Assembly (NCBI GenBank): GCA_965215125.1
Contig: OZ244052.1
Span: forward strand, 1,152,001-1,216,000
Direction of reading: 5' to 3'
Origin: an uncultured candidatus Porisulfidus sp.
GTDB lineage: Bacteria; Pseudomonadota; Gammaproteobacteria; Poriferisulfidales; Oxydemutatoraceae
DNA: 64,000 nt
The position numbers were made by a program, and so were the translations under genes. Under the pieces are notes generated by a model. That model made no database searches. It saw nothing but the letters and a program-made list of their open reading frames with translations, and was not told where the DNA came from. Of this stretch, positions 49,708 through 58,793 are shown piece after piece (positions within the stretch are counted from its first letter, which is position 1; every line of letters starts with the position of its first letter).

Positions 49708-50824
49708 AAATCAACGCTGGATTATCAAAATCGGTAGTTCTTTGGTCACCGAAAACGGCCGTGGATTAAACTTTGCCGCAATCCAAACTTGGGCATCACA
49801 GATTAAAACTTTGCACGCCCGAGGTTACCACCTTGCCGTAGTATCTTCCGGTTCTATTGCCGAAGGTATCTACCGTTTAGGTTGGGACAAGCGACCGGAT
49901 AGGCTACATCATCTGCAGGCAGCAGCAGCGGTCGGACAGATTGGATTGATGCAAGCCTATCATTCTATATTTGAAAAACAAGGCATAGGTAGCGCACAGA
50001 TATTGTTGACGCACGAAGATTTAAGTCACCGGCTACGCTATAACAACGCCCGCGCAACTTTACTATCTTTGTTTGAAATCGGCATCGTACCGATCATCAA
50101 CGAAAACGATACCGTTGCAACCGAAGAAATACAACTGGGCGACAACGATACGCTCGCCGCGCAAGTTGCCAATTTGGTCGATGCCGATGTGTTGCTGATT
50201 CTAACCGACCAAGCCGGTTTGTACGATAAAGACCCCGCTACGAATAAAGACGCAGTCGTCATCAAACACAAAAATGCTTATGACCCCGAACTCGATGCGA
50301 TTGCAGGTCCTAGCGCGAGCGGTTTGGGGCGCGGCGGCATGATCACCAAGATCAAAGCAGCGCGTACCGCAGCGTGGTCGGGCACCTCAACGATTATCGT
50401 TCACGGCATGGAAGATAATGTTATCAAACGCATTGCCGACGGAGAAAAATTGGGCACTTATCTAGAAGGCACACACCAACCTATCGCCCTTCGTAAACGG
50501 TGGATTGTCAATCGCAAAGCACGGGGAACCTTGATAATTGACGGCGGGGCGGTTGCGGCACTTCGCCAACGGCAAAAAAGCCTATTACCCATCGGTGTGA
50601 TAGATGTGGAAGGAGATTTTGGTCGTGGCGATATGGTGTTGTGCAAAGATACCGACGGGACGATAGTCGCCTACGGGTTGTCAAGCTACACTGCGCAAGA
50701 AGCGCGCAACGCCGCCGGCAAAAATAGTCGACATATAGAGCGAATCATGGGCAGCGACTACAAACCTGAAATAATACACCGCGACAACCTTACCCTAGAA
50801 GGCACCCCGGAGCAAAGCGAATAA
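49688..50824 (+). CDS. proB: Glutamate 5-kinase (with PUA domain)
   Basis: KIGSS, AAVGQ, INENDT, GDND, GGM.TK. Confidence 0.97.
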   Translation: MEKQKVKNQRWIIKIGSSLVTENGRGLNFAAIQTWASQIKTLHARGYHLAVVSSGSIAEGIYRLGWDKRPDRLHHLQAAAAVGQIGLMQAYHSIFEKQGIGSAQILLTHEDLSHRLRYNNARATLLSLFEIGIVPIINENDTVATEEIQLGDNDTLAAQVANLVDADVLLILTDQAGLYDKDPATNKDAVVIKHKNAYDPELDAIAGPSASGLGRGGMITKIKAARTAAWSGTSTIIVHGMEDNVIKRIADGEKLGTYLEGTHQPIALRKRWIVNRKARGTLIIDGGAVAALRQRQKSLLPIGVIDVEGDFGRGDMVLCKDTDGTIVAYGLSSYTAQEARNAAGKNSRHIERIMGSDYKPEIIHRDNLTLEGTPEQSE

Positions 50825-50856
50825 TGCAACAGGGTGTAGATGGTGTGGGGTGTTGA

Positions 50857-51117
50857 TTACGAATTGCGCAACAGATTATTCAAGCGGCTTTTGTGGCGCG
50901 CCGCCTTGTTTTTATGAATTAAGTTCTTGTTGACACTGGAGTCGATAATCGGTACCGCCTTTTTGTAGGCTTCTTCGGCAAGCTCTTTATCGTCTGCATT
51001 GACAGCCTTGATTACATTTTTGATTGCGGTTCTAAGACGCGACCGAAGCGCAACATTATGTTCTCTATGTCGCTCCGCTTGACGCACTCGCTTACGTGCC
51101 GATGAACTATTTGCCAT
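50857..51117 (-). CDS. rpsT: 30S ribosomal protein S20
   Basis: [22 protein letters not shown]. Confidence 0.98.
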   Translation of the reverse strand: MANSSSARKRVRQAERHREHNVALRSRLRTAIKNVIKAVNADDKELAEEAYKKAVPIIDSSVNKNLIHKNKAARHKSRLNNLLRNS

Positions 51118-51146
51118 ATAACTATCTCCGTTGTTTGTGATAAGCG

Positions 51147-51175
51147 ATTATAAGGCGAGCAGAGGAATTTGTCAA
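51147..51175 (-). promoter_or_regulatory. Consensus sigma70 promoter of rpsT
   Basis: TTGACA-N17-TATAAT exactly, on the minus strand. Confidence 0.85.
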
Positions 51176-51190
51176 AGGTTCTGCCATCAA

Positions 51191-51492
51191 CTATTCCCCT
51201 CCTGTGGAGGGGTGGCAGGCGCAATAGAACCGCCGATTGAGCCAGTAGGTCAATCGGCGTGACATTGTGCAGAACCTTGATACATAGTACAAAATGTAAA
51301 GCCTTTCCACGGGGTGGTCGATGCGTATCTGCACTATTTACTCATTCATCCAATTTATGGAAACCAAAAACAAATGGAGTAAGCAGTTGCAGTTGTGCAA
51401 AACGGTACTTTTTCAACAGCCCCTGCGTATCTGCATAATTTATATATCCATCCAATTTATGGAAACCAAAAACAAATGGCGCAGGCGGTTAG
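51191..51492 (+). repeat. Composite repeat: module A + module B + IS1182-type end + module B
   Basis: A 51191-51318, B 51322-51390, TACTTTTTCAACAGCCCC 51406-51423, B 51424-51492. Confidence 0.85.
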
Positions 51493-51569
51493 ATTTTTGC
51501 GATGCCCATACTCACAAATTCGGTTAGAATTTCCCATGTCCATTGATTCAAACGCAGCCATAACGACAA

Positions 51570-52160
51570 ATGCAAAACAATCCTTTCCAGCAAACACAAT
51601 TCATCGTTTCTGCGGTACGTCCCGAACAGTACCCACCGGATAACGGTGCCGAAGTTGCCATCATCGGACGCTCCAATTCCGGAAAATCAAGCACGCTCAA
51701 CGCAATATGCGCCCGCCGTAAACTTGCCAAAACAAGCAAAACACCCGGTCGCACCCAAACCATCAACTTCTTCGAAGTGATAAAGGACAAACGCCTCGTG
51801 GACCTGCCCGGCTACGGCTATGCTCGTGCTGCAGTATCCGAACAAAAAAAATGGTCTGCCTTCATCACCCGATACTTTGCCGAACGGCAAAGCCTCCAAG
51901 GTGTAGTCATCGTAATGGACGCCCGCCGCCCCCTAATGCAAAGCGACTGGCAAGTGATCCACTGGCTGAATGATGTTGCCTTCCATGTTCTACTGAACAA
52001 AACCGACAAGCTAAAACGCAGCGAGGCGGCACGATGCCTGCAAAAAACATCGGCAGCATTAACCGATTATCGTGCATCGGCACAGCTGTTCTCCGCACAA
52101 AGCGGACAAGGCGTTGCGGAGGCTAGAGAGCAACTCTCCGCGTGGTTAGGAATGAGGTGA
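51570..52160 (+). CDS. engB: Ribosome biogenesis GTPase EngB (YihA/YsxC)
   Basis: GRSNSGKS, SKTPGRT, DLPGYG, NKTD. Confidence 0.97.
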   Translation: MQNNPFQQTQFIVSAVRPEQYPPDNGAEVAIIGRSNSGKSSTLNAICARRKLAKTSKTPGRTQTINFFEVIKDKRLVDLPGYGYARAAVSEQKKWSAFITRYFAERQSLQGVVIVMDARRPLMQSDWQVIHWLNDVAFHVLLNKTDKLKRSEAARCLQKTSAALTDYRASAQLFSAQSGQGVAEAREQLSAWLGMR

Positions 52161-52168
52161 ACGTCAAC

Positions 52169-55100
52169 ATGACGAAGGAATTAGAAATCACGCTTCGGCA
52201 GAGAGAGATATACTGCAGGCTAAAAAACCATGAAGTTACAAAACAATTTTGTGTTGATGAATGGTACCTTGGGGCACTACACGCTTTAGATAATCCCCGT
52301 AATCCTGATAGATTTTCTCAAGCGGCACATTCTTTAAGAGAACTAATAATGAAATTGAAATTGCAGTCAAAATTAGGAACTTGTTATGGAGTCCTTAGTA
52401 AGATTGCCCACTATGAACTTCTTTTGGGAAAAGAGAAGCAATTCAAAGACAATATGGAAAAGCTAGAAGAATATCTTATTGAGAACCTTCAAAATGAAAA
52501 AATAGAAAACAACTTTGATAACCAGAAATTTATTACCAAAAGCTATAGTACAAACTTGGAACTTACATCTCAACAAGAAGACCTGTACAACTTTCTAAAA
52601 GACTATGTGGATACAAAAGAATTCTGTTTCAGTGATTTTTATCTTGGGGCGTTATACGCTCTAGATAATTGCCGTAATCCTGATAGATTTTCTCAAGCAG
52701 CCAGTTCTTTAAGAGAGCTGGTGGAGATACACAGAAGTTATGAAACTGGTATTGATAAAAGAAGGAAAGTTCGCAAACCAGAAGCCGCAAAAAAATTACA
52801 TGAACGGAATGATCCAAATATCCGCGTGCTATCTCCAGACATTCAAAAAAGCATACAAAAAGAAGCTGAAGATTTACGCAAAGAACTACAAGATATTACA
52901 CATCATGAACCCATCCCCCCACAGTGCGAATTCAATAGATATATCACAAAGCTAGAGGAAATTTTCCGCCAATTAAAACCTGACATCATAAAAGATAGGA
53001 AAGAACTAAAAAATCTGCTTAATCAATCTGAAATAAATAATGCGGATAAAGAAAAAATATTGCAACTATTAAAACGCGGGAGCAATTTTATATTCTTTTT
53101 TGAAACAATAGATAATGATGAAACATGGCTTTCTTTTCTTGTTATTCATAAAAATGTTTTCTTTTATAAAGTTCCAGACGATATAAGAAATTGGTTCCCA
53201 ATTTTGTATCTTGAAAAAATTTCTGAAAAGAAGCCTAAAGAAGTCGTAGAAATTATTTTAGGATTTCAAGAAACAAATAATTTACTTGTATTAGAAACCA
53301 TTTTCCAAATTGCCCTAAAGACACCATTAGAAGAATCTATTAAGTTAAAAGATTGGGTATTTAATTATCTAAAATTACCAATAATATATCCGGATATTGT
53401 CAATAAACTTATTGAGTATTGGTCAAAGGAAGATATTGGTGGGATAAATACAGGCATGGAACTCATAAAAGAAATTGTGTTTTTTGAAGGTCCTACGAAG
53501 AGCACCGAACCTCATCCCAAACTGCGGGATTGGGAATATTGCGAAATTCTACGGCACGGCGTTTCTTCTGTAAGCAAAAATAAACCTATTGAAGTTGCAC
53601 GGATTCTTATTGAAGCCACAAACAATATGCTAGATATGGAAAGTGGGAAAAGCGATTGTCGCGACACCTCCGGTAGTTGGTGTAAATACCTAGATAAAAT
53701 TGAAGAAAAATGTAAAACCTCAAGAGACCCTATGTGCAAACTTATTCAAACGCTAACTTTCGCCTGCGAACAAGTTTATGGCAAAAAAAGACCTTCAGAA
53801 ATTGAAGAATTAGATCAACTTTTGACTGAACAAAAATGGTTTGTTTTTAGACGGATTCAATATCATTTATACTCTTCAAACTTAAACGAGCAAACAAAAC
53901 CTAAAATCCGAGAACTTATTCTAGGTTATGACTATGGTCGCGAAGATGGGTATGGATACGAATTCCAAAGGATGGTTTGTAGGGCTTGCGAGCATTTCGG
54001 TGAACAACTTTTAGCAAAGAATGAACGACAAAAGATTTTTGATACTATTATGAACGGACCGTCAAAAGAAAGATTTCGCAAGTTTTTAGAATTTCATGGA
54101 CAGGTATTTACAGAATCCTATTTTAATAAAAGAAAGAGGCATTGGCATAGGAAAAGCCTTAGACCGTTTAAGACTGTATTGTTTGGAAAATATGAGAAGT
54201 ACTACGAGGAGTTAGATGCCTCGGATACTAAAAAGATTTCCGATGAGGACTATAGAAATAAATCAGGCGTTTATAAAACTATTTCTAAAAGTCCTATATC
54301 TAAAGAGAAGCTGAAGCAATTCTCAGATCAAGAACTCCTTGAGTATATTAATAGTTATCAAGAAAACGAATTTATTTTAGAAAAGGAAATTTGTATAGAA
54401 ACAGGTGTTAGGGGGCTTACCATAGAATTTGGAAATCTATTTGAAGAATCAATTATTACTGACTCTAGTAGGATTAATTTTTGGCTTGAGAATTTAGAAA
54501 AAATCAAATATCCAACATATATAAGCGTTATATTAGAGAAAATATCAGCGGATGTCAGAGGTGGAAATTTTGAAAAACTTAATATTTGGTTTGAGTTTTG
54601 CAAGAAAATTTTATCTAAATCACCAAAAGAACTTACGATGGATTACTATGGTTCCGTTGTTAACTTTATATCAGCCTGTTTATCGTCGGATAAACAACTA
54701 CCTGCAACGGAGGAAAATTATAAATCATTGTCATCGCTACTAAGTACACTATGCACTGAGGCGGGTTTCAAAATGAGCAAGGACGTTCCTTGGACATTAA
54801 CTAAAGAAGGTAATTTCGAAAAGGATTGGAGAAATGCACATGGTTGTGCTCGATGCCGAGCCTTTAAGATACTTATAGAGTTTGGGCGTTGGATACTTCA
54901 GCATAATATTGTCACCGACATCAAAGCTATAACAACGATTTTAGAAGAGTGCTTTAATAAGCATTTTTTGACTTTGCCGGAAAAGAAAACTTTAGCTAGA
55001 GAGTATCCAAGTATATATGGTTTAGACCCTAAATGGGCTAAAGAGCATAAGTCCAAGTTTTTTCCGCAAGATGATTTGAAATCGTTTAAGAAAATTTTTT

Positions 55101-55885
55101 CTCAATTCTTAGACGCTGACCAGATATGTTTCCAAACATTTGAAATTGTATATGATGAACTTGTCTATTCTATTCAGAATTTGACTGAATTTAAGTATGT
55201 AAAAGATCCCTTTGAGCACCTTATTATTGGCGGAGATGACACTGGTTTTGTCAAGTCATTAGAGGAGTATTTGCTATGTTGTTATATTTATGGAGCATAC
55301 CCTCTTAAAGGCGATGACAGTTTGTTGCAGGAGTATTATCAACAGATACAGAAGATACCGAAAAGACAAGGACCAATTTTTCACACTATGGGACATTTAG
55401 CCAACGATGATACGAGCGATGCAGATCAAGAGATTATACGAAGATTTAAGGATTATTTTGATTGGCGATTTCAAGAAACAGACAAAAAACTAAAAGAAAA
55501 AGAACTAGAACAGTTTGTCTCTTGGCTTCAAGCCGATTGCTTAGATGCTGAATGGAGGCTAGATAATTATTACAAAATTTTAGACTTAAATATTATCCCT
55601 AAAAAAAATATCTGTGGTCAATTAATAAAACTAAATGACCTGCATAAACAGAACACAGATAAAGTTATTGAATGTTTTGAAAAACTCGTCAAATCTATAA
55701 AAGGTAAGACAGAGCCAGAATACCATATGAATGAAAAAGAAATAAAGCCTATTTTGGAAACCGGTCTTGAAAGTAAAAATAAAACCACTCGTGAAAGGGC
55801 TCAAAAAATATGTAGGAATCTTTTAGAGATAAAAGAGCATTCCAGCTGGGTTTCAGAATTGGTCGAAAAATACAATATCAATTAG
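52169..55885 (+). CDS. Large hypothetical protein with duplicated N-terminal NPDRFSQAAxSLREL domain; candidate defence protein
   Basis: GAGGTG RBS before ATG 52169; two internal repeats YLGAL.ALDN.RNPDRFSQAA.SLREL; long, probably helical C-terminus; AT-rich. Confidence 0.75.
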   Translation: MTKELEITLRQREIYCRLKNHEVTKQFCVDEWYLGALHALDNPRNPDRFSQAAHSLRELIMKLKLQSKLGTCYGVLSKIAHYELLLGKEKQFKDNMEKLEEYLIENLQNEKIENNFDNQKFITKSYSTNLELTSQQEDLYNFLKDYVDTKEFCFSDFYLGALYALDNCRNPDRFSQAASSLRELVEIHRSYETGIDKRRKVRKPEAAKKLHERNDPNIRVLSPDIQKSIQKEAEDLRKELQDITHHEPIPPQCEFNRYITKLEEIFRQLKPDIIKDRKELKNLLNQSEINNADKEKILQLLKRGSNFIFFFETIDNDETWLSFLVIHKNVFFYKVPDDIRNWFPILYLEKISEKKPKEVVEIILGFQETNNLLVLETIFQIALKTPLEESIKLKDWVFNYLKLPIIYPDIVNKLIEYWSKEDIGGINTGMELIKEIVFFEGPTKSTEPHPKLRDWEYCEILRHGVSSVSKNKPIEVARILIEATNNMLDMESGKSDCRDTSGSWCKYLDKIEEKCKTSRDPMCKLIQTLTFACEQVYGKKRPSEIEELDQLLTEQKWFVFRRIQYHLYSSNLNEQTKPKIRELILGYDYGREDGYGYEFQRMVCRACEHFGEQLLAKNERQKIFDTIMNGPSKERFRKFLEFHGQVFTESYFNKRKRHWHRKSLRPFKTVLFGKYEKYYEELDASDTKKISDEDYRNKSGVYKTISKSPISKEKLKQFSDQELLEYINSYQENEFILEKEICIETGVRGLTIEFGNLFEESIITDSSRINFWLENLEKIKYPTYISVILEKISADVRGGNFEKLNIWFEFCKKILSKSPKELTMDYYGSVVNFISACLSSDKQLPATEENYKSLSSLLSTLCTEAGFKMSKDVPWTLTKEGNFEKDWRNAHGCARCRAFKILIEFGRWILQHNIVTDIKAITTILEECFNKHFLTLPEKKTLAREYPSIYGLDPKWAKEHKSKFFPQDDLKSFKKIFSQFLDADQICFQTFEIVYDELVYSIQNLTEFKYVKDPFEHLIIGGDDTGFVKSLEEYLLCCYIYGAYPLKGDDSLLQEYYQQIQKIPKRQGPIFHTMGHLANDDTSDADQEIIRRFKDYFDWRFQETDKKLKEKELEQFVSWLQADCLDAEWRLDNYYKILDLNIIPKKNICGQLIKLNDLHKQNTDKVIECFEKLVKSIKGKTEPEYHMNEKEIKPILETGLESKNKTTRERAQKICRNLLEIKEHSSWVSELVEKYNIN

Positions 55886-56195
55886 GAAGAGATGTATCTA
55901 CTGGCTTGTTGACCTCGCTTCTTGATTGAGTATCAATATTGGAATATTATCCATTTTTCAATCTTGAATTAACCGAAAATCGCTCTGATTTCCTATAGTT
56001 TATATGCACAACTACCGTTCGTCGGAAAGTTCGGTTATATGCTAAATCTCTATGCTAGAATGGCACGACCGACAAAAATTAGGCTATAAATCTGAAAAAT
56101 GAAGTATAAATTTCGCAATCTATGTGACAACGAATCGTCATATTTTAGTAAATTGAAAGCAGTTTGATTGCAACCGAATATATACGAATAGATAA

Positions 56196-58793
56196 ATGAC
56201 CTATCTTGCACAACCTAAAGAAGACCGTTTTCTGAAAGCACTAGAGTCTCTATTTATCGGTGCCAATGTCGAAGGGGACTCCGGTTTTGTTAACCTGATG
56301 AAAATCAAGCGGGACTACTTCTGCTCTATTCGTCCTCAGTTGATGAAAAAGATTGATCAGCGAACAGAATGGGGGACACACTCTCGTGGAGAATTATTTG
56401 ATAAGCTCTATACTTTTTTTCATCGCTATTTTTGCGAAAGTGGTTCTATCTACTTTAGGCATATTCCGGCATTTTCTAAGGTCTATGAGCGCGTTTATCA
56501 AGACGGACAAGATGTTGCATTGTCGTGGAAAACACAAATGCTCTACTATGTAAAATCCGATGTGTTGGTGCGTTCTATGCCGGTTGAATTAGGCGATGCA
56601 AGTGCGTCTTACGCCACCAGACACTTTTACTTTGATGCCACCGAATGTGAACATAAAAGAAATAATGAGCGGCGTGAATTTATCTTTATTTTCGATAAGG
56701 TGGTAAGCGGAGAAGAGAGAGTCATTCATCTCAAAGTTGATTATTTAGGAAGGAATAGAAAAACGAAAGTAGACGACATTCTTAGAAAATCTCGCAAGGC
56801 AGGGATCAATTTAACCGAGGACGAACTTCAAAAAGCAATGAATGTTTTTCGCCGGCAAACCGAGGTAGATTTTTTTATCAACAAGGATGCGAGGGGCTTT
56901 TTACGCGAACAATTTGACTTATGGGCTTATCAGTATATTTTTCAGGGAGAAACTATCTTTGAGGAACAGAGAATAAAGCAACTTCAGGCAATCAAGGATA
57001 CCGCCTATGATGTTATCGATTTTATCTCGCAGTTTGAGGATGAACTCCGCCGTGTATGGGAAAAGCCGAAGTTTGTGCGCAACCTAAACTATGTGGTGAC
57101 ACTGGATAAATTATCGGACAAAACCCTACAAAAGATAGTTAAGCATAAAGGCGCAAAAGCACAAATAAAAGAATGGTGCGAACTAGGGATGGTGGACGAT
57201 AAATTTTTAATGAAAACGATATTCAACGGGCAGGGAAGGATAGATGATACAAACGGTGTGGGCGCAGACTATAAATTTTTACCGCTGGATACCAAACACT
57301 TCAAAGATTTGGAATTGGAAATCCTGGGTTGCTTGGGAAATTTGGACGAAGCACTAGACGGGGAACTGGTGCATAGCGAGAATTGGCAAGCATTGAACAC
57401 ACTGAAGAAACGCTATAAGGAAAGAGTAAAGTGCATTTATATAGACCCGCCTTATAACACCGAAAAAGATGAATTTTTATATAACGACCGTTACAAACAC
57501 AGTTCTTGGCTGAGTATGATATGTGATAGAGTATCTTGCTCTAAATTTTTCCTTCGAGATATCGGCACTCTTTGGATTAATTTAGATGATGGAGAAATGC
57601 CTAAATTACGTTGCGCATTAGATACTGCTTTTGGGAAAAATTCTTTTATTGGTAATGTTTGTTGGAAAAAGACAAGTGGTGATAACAAGCCTAGCTTTGC
57701 ATTCGTTCATGACAATTTAATTATTTATGGAAGCAAGCCGGAAAGAGCCGATATACCACTTGAAAAACAGGGTGCCTATGCTAATCCGGACAATGATCTT
57801 AGAGGTGATTGGGCACCAACAGATTACCGCTCAAAGTGGACAAAGGAAGAGAGACCTAATCTTTATTACGGGATACGCCAACCTAATACCGGCGAGATTA
57901 TTTATCCTGATTCATACTCCGACTCGCCGAGAGTTTGGGGCTGTAGTAGGACTTCTCACAAAAAAAACGAAGAGAATAGCATGATTTGGTGGGGTCAAAA
58001 CGGATTGTCTAAAGAACCTAAAAAAAAGAGGTTTTTACTAGAACATGAGGGCATTAATATCAGAAGTATTTGGGATGATGCCGGTTCTAACGATTCTGCC
58101 TCTAACGAGTTAAGAGGATTATTTGGTCAAAAGATTAATGACCGTCTCAATCCGAAGCCGAAAGAGTTAATTCAGAAGATATCCTCTTTTGTTTTACTTG
58201 AAGATGAAATTATTTGCGACTACTTCGCCGGTTCCGGCACTACTGCGCATGCAGTAATCAACCTAAATCGCGAAGACGGAGGAAATAGAAAATACTTGTT
58301 AATTGAAATGGGCGAGTATTTTCATACCGTCCTATTGCCGCGCATCAAAAAAGTCGTTTATTCGAAAGATTGGAAGGATGGAGAGCCGGTTTCTCGTCAA
58401 GGTAGTAGCCATTGCTTCAAATACTACGCACTGGAACAATACGAAGAAACATTAAGGAATTCAGGCTATAAAGATGGCAAGCAATTAGAATTGGACAGTG
58501 CCAAATCTCCGTTTGAGCAATATGTGTTTTTCGGCGACGACAAACTTGCTTACTGTATTGAGCCGTTAAAGAACGGCAAACTGAAAATCAATTTGCACCA
58601 ACTCTATCCCGATATTGATGTTGCAGAATCCCTCGCCAATATTTTAGGCAAACAAATTCGCAAGCGCACCGCGGATAATGTGACTTTTGCCGATGGTAGT
58701 ACCGAAAAAATAGATCCGGCAAAGATGAACGAGGAAGAGAAAATGCATTTTATATCGCTGTTAAAACCTTATTTATGGTGGGGCAGTGAATGA
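56196..58793 (+). CDS. mod: Type III restriction-modification methyltransferase (Mod)
   Basis: YIDPPY (motif IV) precedes DYFAGSGTT (motif I), i.e. beta class; coupled to a Res gene. Confidence 0.9.
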   Translation: MTYLAQPKEDRFLKALESLFIGANVEGDSGFVNLMKIKRDYFCSIRPQLMKKIDQRTEWGTHSRGELFDKLYTFFHRYFCESGSIYFRHIPAFSKVYERVYQDGQDVALSWKTQMLYYVKSDVLVRSMPVELGDASASYATRHFYFDATECEHKRNNERREFIFIFDKVVSGEERVIHLKVDYLGRNRKTKVDDILRKSRKAGINLTEDELQKAMNVFRRQTEVDFFINKDARGFLREQFDLWAYQYIFQGETIFEEQRIKQLQAIKDTAYDVIDFISQFEDELRRVWEKPKFVRNLNYVVTLDKLSDKTLQKIVKHKGAKAQIKEWCELGMVDDKFLMKTIFNGQGRIDDTNGVGADYKFLPLDTKHFKDLELEILGCLGNLDEALDGELVHSENWQALNTLKKRYKERVKCIYIDPPYNTEKDEFLYNDRYKHSSWLSMICDRVSCSKFFLRDIGTLWINLDDGEMPKLRCALDTAFGKNSFIGNVCWKKTSGDNKPSFAFVHDNLIIYGSKPERADIPLEKQGAYANPDNDLRGDWAPTDYRSKWTKEERPNLYYGIRQPNTGEIIYPDSYSDSPRVWGCSRTSHKKNEENSMIWWGQNGLSKEPKKKRFLLEHEGINIRSIWDDAGSNDSASNELRGLFGQKINDRLNPKPKELIQKISSFVLLEDEIICDYFAGSGTTAHAVINLNREDGGNRKYLLIEMGEYFHTVLLPRIKKVVYSKDWKDGEPVSRQGSSHCFKYYALEQYEETLRNSGYKDGKQLELDSAKSPFEQYVFFGDDKLAYCIEPLKNGKLKINLHQLYPDIDVAESLANILGKQIRKRTADNVTFADGSTEKIDPAKMNEEEKMHFISLLKPYLWWGSE

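Noticed and set aside
51321-51643. ORFs 51321-51527 and 51395-51643, and the similar 24262-24471 and 63571-63819
   Set aside because: They are translations of non-coding repeat modules A and B, and frames are not conserved between copies. Two B copies with one spacer are also too few and too long for a CRISPR array.
57950-58030. Poly-A tracts in mod as a phase-variation switch
   Set aside because: Only ~8 A in Lys-rich, AT-rich sequence; the gene is in frame and has no simple-sequence repeat tract typical of phasevarions.
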